Shown: positions 1 to 7,803 of the stretch, in pieces
Numbering within the stretch: position 1 is the stretch's first letter
Layout: each line of letters opens with the position of its first letter
Origin: Alphaproteobacteria bacterium
GTDB taxonomy: Bacteria > Pseudomonadota > Alphaproteobacteria > Rs-D84
Reading direction: 5' to 3'
Length of the DNA stretch: 13,399 nucleotides
NCBI GenBank assembly: GCA_031549365.1
Contig: JAVBPX010000010.1
Span: 1-13,399, forward strand
Notes under the pieces: model-generated
The model's input: the letters and a program-made list of their open reading frames with translations, nothing else
What the model was told of the DNA's origin: nothing
Databases searched by the model: none
Program-made: the position numbers and the translations under genes

Positions 1-120
1 CAACGTGCAGATGGATCATTGCAATTAAAACCCATCTCGCCCCAACGGGGAGAGATAATAAAACATATGATCTTCGATCATCATGTTTTATAGAGAGGGG
101 GAAAATAAACCATTGCGACA
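1..120 (+). repeat. Multi-hairpin dispersed repeat, copy 1 (5'-truncated by the window edge)
   Basis: 1-120 matches 182-303 (period 181 bp) except for a few substitutions and G-run length (G5 vs G7). It also matches from 13263 to about 13366. Confidence 0.95.
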
Positions 121-131
121 GCAACTTTTTA

Positions 132-303
132 TTGTCATCCCTCGAAACCACAACTCCGCACCAATCTTTATCTCGGCGAAACAACGTGCAGACGGATCAT
201 TGCAATTAAAAACCATCTCGCCCCAACGGGGAGAGATAATAAAACATATGATCTTCGATCATCATGTTTTATAGAGAGGGGGGGAAAATAAACCATTGCG
301 ACA
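132..303 (+). repeat. Multi-hairpin dispersed repeat, copy 2 (tandem with copy 1)
   Basis: Begins ttGTCATC and contains the hairpins atctc-g-cccc-aac-gggg-a-gagat and aaaacat-atgatc-ttc-gatcat-c-atgtttt, then gagaggggg. Aligns with 13212-13366. Confidence 0.95.
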
Positions 304-336
304 CAATGTATTATGTCATTACTCGGGATGGACCCA

Positions 337-359
337 GAAAACGATTAATAATCGTTTTC
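337..359. repeat. Perfect 11-bp inverted repeat with 1-nt centre
   Basis: gaaaacgatta-a-taatcgttttc, read directly. Confidence 0.85.
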
Positions 360-375
360 CCAGCCCCGATTGGCA

Positions 376-416
376 GGTGCGGCATGTATATAAACATACA
401 TGAACCCTCGAAAAAA
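376..416 (+). repeat. TGTAT-N6-ATACA palindromic element, degenerate copy A
   Basis: gcggca-tgtat-ataaac-ataca-tga-accc. Shares its core with 7932-7958, 4091-4115 and 7804-7838. Confidence 0.7.
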
Positions 417-428
417 TAAATGTCTTGT

Positions 429-908
429 TTATTGGCGATGCGTTTTCAGCGTTTTTTGCTTTTCGCGTCCCCACTCGCGTTTTTTAATCGTCTCCCTCTT
501 ATCCACTTTATTTTTACCAAAACCAACACCCAATAAAACCTTTACTTTACCACGATCGTTGAAATAAATTTTAATAGGCACAATAGTTGCACCCTTTTCA
601 TTCAACTGCCCAATCATTCGATTAATTTGTCGTTTGTGTAGCAATAATGTTCTATACCGCCTCTCATCAAACTTGAATGCCACATTGGATGTTTTTGCCG
701 ATTGAATAATCATATTTGCCAAAACCAATTCGCCATCATGATTTTGAACAAATGCTTCTGTAATATTTGCCAATCCATAACGCAAAGACTTAACCTCTGC
801 CCCGGTCAAAGCAATCCCGGCCTCAATCGTATCTTCAATTGCGTAATTGTAATTCGCCTTGCGATTTTGCGCAACTAAACCTTTTGAAATCATTTGACGT
901 TCGGCCAT
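429..908 (-). CDS. smpB: SsrA (tmRNA)-binding protein SmpB
   Basis: Motifs NRKANYNY, EAGIALTGAEVKSLR, R.R.LLLHK.QI and GKNKVDKRETIKKREW; 159 aa. ATG overlaps the tatD stop (TAATG). Confidence 0.97.
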   Translation of the reverse strand: MAERQMISKGLVAQNRKANYNYAIEDTIEAGIALTGAEVKSLRYGLANITEAFVQNHDGELVLANMIIQSAKTSNVAFKFDERRYRTLLLHKRQINRMIGQLNEKGATIVPIKIYFNDRGKVKVLLGVGFGKNKVDKRETIKKREWGREKQKTLKTHRQ

Positions 909-1693
909 TATAAAATCTCCATTTTTGGAAATAAATTTTTCGTATTTTTCATCAATTGCTCTTCTAAAATTTCAATTGATACACCGTGAACTTCGGCCAA
1001 CATTTTGGCAGTCTCTACAACATACGCCGGTTCATTAATTTTGCCACGATACGGCACAGGCGTACAATACGGAGCATCCGTTTCAATAACAATATTTGAC
1101 AAAGGAATTTTTGAAAATACTTCGCGCACCCGATCCGAATTTTTAAAAGTCAAAATCCCAGACGCGGAAAAATAAAACCCGCGATCCAACAAAGCCTTAG
1201 CCAATTCGTATGATCCAGTATAACAATGCATCACACCTGAAAATTCTCCACAATTTAACTCATCAATTAAAATATCTTGCGTATCTTGTGCTGCATCGCG
1301 CGTATGAACAACAATGGGCAGAGATAAATCACGCGCCACAGAAATATGTTCTCGAAACATTTTTTGCTGTAATTTTCGCATATCGCTCGAAACATTTTTT
1401 TCTTCGTAATAATCCAACCCAGTCTCGCCAATTCCAACAACCTTGGGATCCATTGCCAATTCACGCAATAAATCAATATCAATTGGTTCATCCACATGAT
1501 CTGGATGCACACCCAATACACCATAAATGTACTGATATTTGGAAATTACTTCCATTGTTTGCCGATAATCTTCTTCACGCGCAGTAACTAAAACCAAACG
1601 TTTAACATCGGCATCTTCGGCCCTAACGACAACCTCATCCAATTGTTCGATTAACCCTGGATAAATTAAATGACAGTGGGTATCAATAAACAC
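908..1693 (-). CDS. tatD: TatD family metal-dependent hydrolase/DNase
   Basis: Motifs DTHCH, GVHP, GIGETGLDY, VHTRDA, GVMHC and ETDAPY. GTG start preceded by AGGAG. Confidence 0.96.
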   Translation of the reverse strand: MFIDTHCHLIYPGLIEQLDEVVVRAEDADVKRLVLVTAREEDYRQTMEVISKYQYIYGVLGVHPDHVDEPIDIDLLRELAMDPKVVGIGETGLDYYEEKNVSSDMRKLQQKMFREHISVARDLSLPIVVHTRDAAQDTQDILIDELNCGEFSGVMHCYTGSYELAKALLDRGFYFSASGILTFKNSDRVREVFSKIPLSNIVIETDAPYCTPVPYRGKINEPAYVVETAKMLAEVHGVSIEILEEQLMKNTKNLFPKMEIL

Positions 1694-2703
1694 GATCTTA
1701 CTCCTGTTAACATTTTGATTAAAACGCTCTCTGCGTCTAAATATAACTTATCCAGCGCGCGCATTTCTTTGATACAATCGGCATACATATCTGCCAATAA
1801 CTTTGATTGCTGGGATTGTGGTGAAATCATAGCATAATGATGAATAACATCTAATAAAATTTCTGTAACAACATCTATCGCGCCATCAACTTTGGCCATT
1901 TGTTTAACCAAAGTCATCTGCTCATTTATCGACACTTCATTTGCGCCAACCAACCGCATCAAAGATTGAAAAAAATCAACTCCGCCCAATTGATATAACC
2001 TTAACGCTTTACCAAAAGAACCCGCAGACAGCTTAATTAAAATCTCTTGCTGATCAATCGTAACATCCGGCATAAAATCAAACATCAATGCCCTCATTGC
2101 AGATGCATCCAACGGATACATTTTTTGAACACTGGAACGCGACCGAATGGTCGGCAAAACATCGGACAAACTGTGCGCAGTCATTAAAAATAAAACTTTT
2201 GCTGGCGGCTCTTCCAAAACTTTCAATAACGCATTCGCAGCAGCATTATTCAAAGAATCCACAGAATCAATAACACAAACCCGCCAAGAATCTTCCATTG
2301 CCGACAATTGAAATTTTTCAATCATATCGCGCACTTCGTCTACTGAAATCGATTGTATTGTTCCATCATCTCGTTCTTCGGATAAAACGAAAAAATCGCC
2401 CAAGCCACCGACAACCATCCTCTGAAAAATTGGATCTTCAATCTCCATATCCATGTTGGTCGGAGTATCATCACCAAACAAACCATCCCCAGAATGCATA
2501 GTCTTAAATACATACCGCGCAATACGGTACACCAAAGTTGCCTTACCGATTCCCTTAACTCCGGATAAAATCCAAACAGGATGAATCCCGTCACGATCCC
2601 GATTAATCCATGCCCTAACGAAATTATCCTCAATAGCCTTGTGCCCAATTAAAACTGGATTGTCTTTCGGATGTAAAATATCGTCCATTTTTTTCTTGGC
2701 CAT
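1666..2703 (-). CDS. holB: DNA polymerase III subunit delta-prime (clamp loader)
   Basis: P-loop-like GVKGIGKAT, ISVDEVR, IDSVDSLNNAAANALLKVLEEPP and LPTIRSR. Located between dacA and tatD, and overlaps the tatD start by 28 bp. Confidence 0.9.
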   Translation of the reverse strand: MAKKKMDDILHPKDNPVLIGHKAIEDNFVRAWINRDRDGIHPVWILSGVKGIGKATLVYRIARYVFKTMHSGDGLFGDDTPTNMDMEIEDPIFQRMVVGGLGDFFVLSEERDDGTIQSISVDEVRDMIEKFQLSAMEDSWRVCVIDSVDSLNNAAANALLKVLEEPPAKVLFLMTAHSLSDVLPTIRSRSSVQKMYPLDASAMRALMFDFMPDVTIDQQEILIKLSAGSFGKALRLYQLGGVDFFQSLMRLVGANEVSINEQMTLVKQMAKVDGAIDVVTEILLDVIHHYAMISPQSQQSKLLADMYADCIKEMRALDKLYLDAESVLIKMLTGVRSCLLIPTVI

Positions 2704-3881
2704 TATTTACCCCCGAATAAAACTGAAATATTTTTTATAACACGACCAATAAACTGGACTTTTTTAACAGAATGCTTGGCAACCAATGGAACCTCTGTAA
2801 CTTTTTCCCCTGTTTGAATATATAACTTGCCAACTTCGTCCCCCCGTTTAATTGGCGCAGGCAACGGATCATTAAAACGTGCATATACTGTAATTTTTGG
2901 CGCAGCCCCGACATTATACGTAACAACAGCCGGATACTTGACTGTCAAATCAACATCTGCCTTTTTCCCATACCAAACAGGCACCCGAACAACCTCGTCC
3001 CCTGGACGATAAAAAACCTTGTTCGAAGTATTGTTAAATCCAAATTCTAATAAACGCTTAACTTCGGCCGCCAACTGCTGATGGTCATTTGCTTTAAACC
3101 CATTTATAACAGCAATTAAACGACGGCCACCACGCACTGCACTGGCGGTCATACCAAAACCACCCTCATTCGTGTGGCCCGTTTTCAAACCATCCGCTCC
3201 GCCCATGTTAAATAATAATTTATTATAATTCATAGTATGATGCTCACCCCAAGTCTTACACCAATCAGTTTTATAATCGTTAAATTCAAAACGGCGCGTT
3301 TTAAACATCGGATATAAATCTGGGAAATCGCGAATTAATCTATCGGCCAAAATAGCTAATTCATGACTTGTCATTAAATTGTCTGGATTTGGTAAACCCG
3401 ATGAATTTCCAAACGTTGATTCACGCATTCCCAATTCACGAGCTTTTTTCTGCATCATTGTTGCAAATTTTTGCTCTGATCCCGCTATTTTTTCAGCAAC
3501 AACAATTGATGCATCTCCGCCAGACATAACAATAATCCCCAATATCGCATCCGAAACTTTTAATTGCTGACCCTTGACCAAACAAATTTTGGACGCAGTG
3601 GGCCAAGCCTTACCCCTATAATCAGCATTTTCAGAAACGGCCATTTTTGAATCCAATTTTAAATCCCCGTTTTTAACAGCATCAAATAACATATATAACG
3701 TCATCATTTTAATCATGGATGACGGTGGCATTAAAACGTCGGCGTCTTTTGAAACAATCACAGCACCCGAATCAAAATCCACCAAATACGCAGACCTCGC
3801 CTTGGTCGTAAAATTTGCAGCCTCAATCTGTCCAATAACTGCGAAAATCGCAATAAAAATAATAAATAACCTTTTAAACAT
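2703..3881 (-). CDS. dacA: D-alanyl-D-alanine carboxypeptidase (peptidase S11, PBP5/6-like) with C-terminal PBP5_C-like domain; SxN replaced by SGG
   Basis: Signal peptide, SxxK (PSSMIK), FGNSSGLP and KTG (GLKTGHT). GAGG RBS. The stop overlaps the holB ATG (TAATG). Confidence 0.92.
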   Translation of the reverse strand: MFKRLFIIFIAIFAVIGQIEAANFTTKARSAYLVDFDSGAVIVSKDADVLMPPSSMIKMMTLYMLFDAVKNGDLKLDSKMAVSENADYRGKAWPTASKICLVKGQQLKVSDAILGIIVMSGGDASIVVAEKIAGSEQKFATMMQKKARELGMRESTFGNSSGLPNPDNLMTSHELAILADRLIRDFPDLYPMFKTRRFEFNDYKTDWCKTWGEHHTMNYNKLLFNMGGADGLKTGHTNEGGFGMTASAVRGGRRLIAVINGFKANDHQQLAAEVKRLLEFGFNNTSNKVFYRPGDEVVRVPVWYGKKADVDLTVKYPAVVTYNVGAAPKITVYARFNDPLPAPIKRGDEVGKLYIQTGEKVTEVPLVAKHSVKKVQFIGRVIKNISVLFGGK

Positions 3882-3905
3882 AAAAACCTCACTAATACCT
3901 TGAAA

Positions 3906-3934
3906 ACTATATAAAACAAATCACCTAAAATCCA
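3906..3934 (-). promoter_or_regulatory. Putative sigma70 promoter for dacA-holB-tatD-smpB
   Basis: Minus strand TGGATT-N17-TATAGT, 24 bp upstream of the dacA ATG. Same style as the promoter upstream of the first pilV-like gene. Confidence 0.45.
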
Positions 3935-3998
3935 GTAAATTATCCAATATCTTACTGATTATTCATTTCCAAACAAAACGTTCAGAATGTGAAATAAC

Positions 3999-4023
3999 AA
4001 ACAAATGTTATTAACATTTGTTT
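3999..4023. repeat. Perfect 12-bp inverted repeat with 1-nt centre
   Basis: aaacaaatgtta-t-taacatttgttt, read directly. Confidence 0.85.
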
Positions 4024-4090
4024 TTATGAAATAGAATCTTCAAATCTCTGATTTGTTAGATTCGTTGTGGAATTCGCCCAATTTTTAGGT

Positions 4091-4115
4091 TCGCGGTGTA
4101 TACAAACATAAATAA
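4091..4115 (+). repeat. TGTAT-N6-ATACA palindromic element, degenerate copy B
   Basis: tcgcgg-tgtat-acaaac-ataaa-taa compared with ccgcgg-tgtat-atagac-ataca-taa at 7932. Confidence 0.65.
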
Positions 4116-4165
4116 CATCCAATTATCAAACTTATAAAAATAAATTATTCCAATATTTTTTATTT

Positions 4166-4198
4166 AAAAAATAAAAAATACCCGTTAATCCACGGGCA
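4166..4198 (-). terminator. Putative intrinsic terminator of the secretin-lolC/E-lolD operon
   Basis: Minus strand tgcccgt-ggatta-acgggta followed by ttttttatttttt, about 60 bp after the lolD stop. Confidence 0.65.
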
Positions 4199-4258
4199 AT
4201 CAAATGCTCTCCATCAAAGAAACTTAATATGCCTTGGTCCAATGTGTTTTCATTGATT

Positions 4259-4972
4259 TTAAACCACTAAACCGTTTTCGATTCGTACAACCCTATCCGC
4301 CCTCTTGGCCAAATTCATATCATGCGTAACCATCAACATGGATAAACCGGTCTTTTTGACCAAGGCCAATATCATTTTAAACACTGCCTCCGCATGAACA
4401 GGATCCAAATTACCTGTTGGCTCATCCGCCAATAAAATCTGTGGACGATTTGCCAATGCTCGCGCAACTGCAACCCGCTGCTGCTCTCCTCCGGACATTT
4501 CCATTGGACGATGTTCTGCGCGATGCTGAACACCAACCATCTTTAATAATTTCATTGCTTCTTCTGACGCTTCACCAGATTGAATTCCATCCGCCATCAT
4601 TGGGAACATAACATTTTCCAGCGCAGTAAAATCATCCAATAAATAATGTTTTTGATAAACAAAACCCATGGTTTTCAAACGCAATTTTGCCCGCGCATCA
4701 TCTGACAATTTTTGAACAGGCGCACCTTGAATTAAAATTTGCCCACGCGTTGGACGTTCCAACAATCCAGCACACTGTAACAAAGTTGATTTTCCACAAC
4801 CACTGGGTCCGACCAATGCGACAATTTCGCCACGACGCAATTGTAAATGGCAACCCTTTAAAATGGTCAGAGGCTCGCCGCCAGACAAAAACGTTTTAAC
4901 AATCCCGTCCAATTCCAAAGCAATGTCGTTTTTCTTTGGCACGCGCGCCAATTTTGAAATAATATTATTCAT
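4259..4972 (-). CDS. lolD: Lipoprotein-releasing ABC transporter ATP-binding protein LolD
   Basis: Walker A GPSGCGKST, GFVYQKHYLL (LolD-motif-like), MSGGEQQRVAVARAL, LLADEPTGNLD and VTHD. 8-bp overlap with the permease gene. Confidence 0.93.
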   Translation of the reverse strand: MNNIISKLARVPKKNDIALELDGIVKTFLSGGEPLTILKGCHLQLRRGEIVALVGPSGCGKSTLLQCAGLLERPTRGQILIQGAPVQKLSDDARAKLRLKTMGFVYQKHYLLDDFTALENVMFPMMADGIQSGEASEEAMKLLKMVGVQHRAEHRPMEMSGGEQQRVAVARALANRPQILLADEPTGNLDPVHAEAVFKMILALVKKTGLSMLMVTHDMNLAKRADRVVRIENGLVV

Positions 4973-6218
4973 ATCGCAAAACCTCCACAGGATCTAACTT
5001 TGCCGCACGATAAGCAGGATAAATCGTCGCCAAAAACGATAATAAAATCGCAACAAAACAAATTCCCGCCACTTGCCAAAAATCAATAATCGAAGGCAGT
5101 TGTGATAAATAATACATTTCTGCGGGGAATAAATCTCGCCCTGTTAACATCTGGACAAACTGACGAATTGGTTCAATATACGTTGCAATTAAAACTCCCA
5201 ACGCGGTCCCAATTAACGCCCCAATCAAACCCAGCAATGTTCCAGATAATACAAACACTTTCATCATCGAACGTTTTGATAAACCAATTGTGCGCATAAT
5301 TGCAATATCCTTGGATTTATCTTTTACCAACATAACCAATGACGAAACAATATTAAACGCAGCAACAATAATAATTAACATCAAAATCAAAAACATCACG
5401 TTTTTTTCAACCTGTAACGCACCAACAAACCCGCTGTTTAAATCGCGCCAATCACGAACAACAAATGAATTCGGCAATACCTCGGATAATGCTTTTTTAA
5501 CTTCGTCTGTCTTTTCTGGATCTTTTAAAAACAAATCGATGTGTGTAACAGAATCTTGAATATTCAAATAATTCTGGGCCGTTTTAAGCGGCATAAAAAT
5601 ATACCCCGAATCATACTCATACATCCCCATAAAAAAGGTGGACACAACAGGATACGATTGAATCCGTGGCATCATTCCAAACGCAGTTGCATGACCTTTG
5701 GCCGAAGTCAATGTAATCGGATCATTCAGCGTTGCTCGCAATGTTCTGGCTAAATTAACACCCAAAATAATTTCGTTATCCTTAACGTCTTTTAATTGAT
5801 TACCATAAATTTTTGCACCAACGCCTGTTTTATTTTCCAAATCAGAAATTCTAATTCCGCGCAACATAGCCCCGCTGGAACGTCCTCCGGATGACGCCAT
5901 AATTTGACCTTCTGCAACCGGAACAATGCCTGAAACGCTGGCTTTTACAACCTTGTTTGCGTTCATTTTTTCAATTAAATAATCAAAATCTTTAATTGCA
6001 CCATCTTGATGATACACAACAATATGCCCGTTCATTCCTAAAATTCTGGATAATAATTCTTTGTGAAATCCATTCATAACAGACATCACAACAATCAAAG
6101 TCGCAACCCCTAAACAAATCCCCAATAATGAAACTGTGGATATAACGGAAATAAACCCATCTTTTCTTTTCGCGCGCATATACCGCAACGCAATAAATCT
6201 TTCCAATGGTGAAAACAT
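4965..6218 (-). CDS. lolE: Lipoprotein-releasing ABC transporter permease, single LolC/E (LolF-type)
   Basis: Motifs FIALRYMRAKRKDGFIS, GVATLIVVMSVMNGF, VAAFNIVSSLVMLVKDK..DIAI.RT.G and ATIYPAYRAAKLDPVEVLRYE. The ATG at 6218 is preferred over the TTG at 6224 because AGGGG lies 7 nt upstream of it. Confidence 0.93.
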   Translation of the reverse strand: MFSPLERFIALRYMRAKRKDGFISVISTVSLLGICLGVATLIVVMSVMNGFHKELLSRILGMNGHIVVYHQDGAIKDFDYLIEKMNANKVVKASVSGIVPVAEGQIMASSGGRSSGAMLRGIRISDLENKTGVGAKIYGNQLKDVKDNEIILGVNLARTLRATLNDPITLTSAKGHATAFGMMPRIQSYPVVSTFFMGMYEYDSGYIFMPLKTAQNYLNIQDSVTHIDLFLKDPEKTDEVKKALSEVLPNSFVVRDWRDLNSGFVGALQVEKNVMFLILMLIIIVAAFNIVSSLVMLVKDKSKDIAIMRTIGLSKRSMMKVFVLSGTLLGLIGALIGTALGVLIATYIEPIRQFVQMLTGRDLFPAEMYYLSQLPSIIDFWQVAGICFVAILLSFLATIYPAYRAAKLDPVEVLRYE

Positions 6219-6236
6219 TAACAAGCCCCTATTGTT

Positions 6237-7568
6237 TTAAAATTCGGAATCATCCATATCGTCTGCCAAAAAAGCCCTTAAATCATTCCCCGACAAACCT
6301 GGCCTTGCGGCGGCTTCCCCAGCAGATTGAATTGAAATCAATCTTGGACTAATAAAAGCAACTAATTCAGCATATGGCGAAATCGTAGTCGTCGCATCAG
6401 CTACAAAAGCATGCGTTGGAATACCAATCACAACATAATTATCGCCCAACGTTGTTGGCACATTAAAACTAGACAATTCGCCCTTTCCGGTACGCAACAC
6501 AATTTTTGCATCTATTTTTTTCATTGATCCATCGGCATACGGACCATATTTTCCGGTTGCTCCAATTGTTAAGTCCGTCTCCAACCTTTCTTCTCTTGAA
6601 CATTGCCCAATGTCAAAACGAGATTGCCAAGAATTTGGGATAACAAACGTTCCTTGCGAAATCAAAACAACATTTGCTTGTTGCGACATAAATTCAGATA
6701 ATGTTTTTGTATTAATTTCCGGACTTACCACCAACAAACGTCCAACCACACCTGGAACCGACATTTTGATATTTTTATCACCAAACGCAGGAATTATATT
6801 CATCCAATTAATTGGATTTTCTGCACGTGGATACAAACGATAAACATCCACATCCCATGCAATTAAATACTTTTTCGATCCAACATCTGCTATCATCCTG
6901 GACATATCGCGCTCTGTTCTATAATTACCTTCGAACAATACAGTCATATCCTCCCAATTAACAATTAAATTGCGCATATTTTCGCCATGCATCGCATCCA
7001 ATAATGCCATCACAATGTATTGGTCTTTTGGCATTTTCATCAACCACTTTGTGTGTGAAAACAAATGAATTTCCTTTGACTCAGCATCATACGAATAATA
7101 CATTTTTCCCAAACGCGTCATTAAATCCACAGCATCTGCTAATGTTCCCGATGACACAGCCCCAGAAATATTCTCAGACACAGGATCATCGGCAATAACT
7201 TTAATTTTTGTCCCTTCCAATAAACGCTCAATGGCTGTTTTTAAATTCATGCTAACAAATTCATAATCATTAACCTGAAATTTTGGTAACTCATCTCCCT
7301 TATCGACCCGATGCATAGCAATCGGTTGTTCTGGAACAACGGACACAATCTGCTGATTGTTCCAATCCACGGTACAACGCTTTGGTAAATCAATTGAAAA
7401 GTTTTTCGCCGTATCTGTGGTTAACGCAGCTTTCTTTTGAAAAATTGGAACACTGTGTTCATTGATAACAAAATTTTCCACATAAGTTGTGTTAATCATC
7501 GGAACTTCATCTTTCTGACAACCCGCCAAAGACATAACAGCAATCACACCAACAATAAACTTTTTCAT
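6237..7568 (-). CDS. Outer-membrane lipoprotein secretin, type IVb pilus PilN/BfpB-like, compact (443 aa)
   Basis: Start re-assigned to the ATG at 7568 (GAGGAAGGA RBS), which gives the signal peptide MKKFIVGVIAVMSLAG|C (lipobox). Has an N-domain-like GTLADAVDLMTRLGKMYYSYD and secretin-like landmarks LIAWDVDVYRL..PINW, SQQANVVLIS..FDIG, GDNYVVIG and ELVAFISPRLI. Confidence 0.68.
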   Translation of the reverse strand: MKKFIVGVIAVMSLAGCQKDEVPMINTTYVENFVINEHSVPIFQKKAALTTDTAKNFSIDLPKRCTVDWNNQQIVSVVPEQPIAMHRVDKGDELPKFQVNDYEFVSMNLKTAIERLLEGTKIKVIADDPVSENISGAVSSGTLADAVDLMTRLGKMYYSYDAESKEIHLFSHTKWLMKMPKDQYIVMALLDAMHGENMRNLIVNWEDMTVLFEGNYRTERDMSRMIADVGSKKYLIAWDVDVYRLYPRAENPINWMNIIPAFGDKNIKMSVPGVVGRLLVVSPEINTKTLSEFMSQQANVVLISQGTFVIPNSWQSRFDIGQCSREERLETDLTIGATGKYGPYADGSMKKIDAKIVLRTGKGELSSFNVPTTLGDNYVVIGIPTHAFVADATTTISPYAELVAFISPRLISIQSAGEAAARPGLSGNDLRAFLADDMDDSEF

Positions 7569-7627
7569 AATCAAATTCCTTCCTCGTGGCACACCATAAA
7601 TACGGCGCAAAAAATCTCTATGAACCC

Positions 7628-7656
7628 ATTGTAAACAACGTAAAAACCCACGTCAA
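7628..7656 (-). promoter_or_regulatory. Putative sigma70 promoter for secretin-lolC/E-lolD
   Basis: Minus strand TTGACG-N17-TACAAT; each hexamer is 5/6 identical to consensus. Confidence 0.65.
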
Positions 7657-7803
7657 CCAAATCATTTCAAAAACACTAAAAAATTTACCCAAAACCTCCA
7701 ATTAAAAAATTACAAAATAACGTCAGAATTACATAGATACAAAGAATTTTAAAAATTAATCAAAACGAGGCATATAGACGTTTTGTTTTTCAAAAGCCAA
7801 ATA

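Noticed and set aside
83-274. 63-aa + strand ORF spanning repeat copies 1 and 2
   Set aside because: It lies wholly within the hairpin repeat, has no RBS, and copy 3 has an indel in the 5' part. A few copy differences are synonymous in this frame (gac/gat, ttc/ttt, cac/cat), but too few to support coding.
273-284. Variable G-run (G5/G7/G5) as a phase-variation tract
   Set aside because: It lies in a non-coding repeat, not in a CDS or identified promoter, and could be slippage or sequencing noise.
1-303. CRISPR array interpretation of the tandem repeats
   Set aside because: The units are over 100 bp long, there are no unique spacers of regular length, and no cas genes are present.
1-428. tmRNA (ssrA) or an att site next to smpB
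   Set aside because: No recognisable tRNA-like ends or tag reading frame, and no integrase. The region is explained by repeat modules.
1666-2703. HolB lacks the Cys4 zinc module and has SRS for SRC
   Set aside because: Loss of the zinc-binding cysteines is common in alphaproteobacterial delta-prime subunits, and the Arg finger is retained.
7569-7610. 14-residue N-terminal extension of the secretin ORF in the ORF track
   Set aside because: The ATG at 7568 has a strong RBS and gives a canonical lipoprotein signal peptide.
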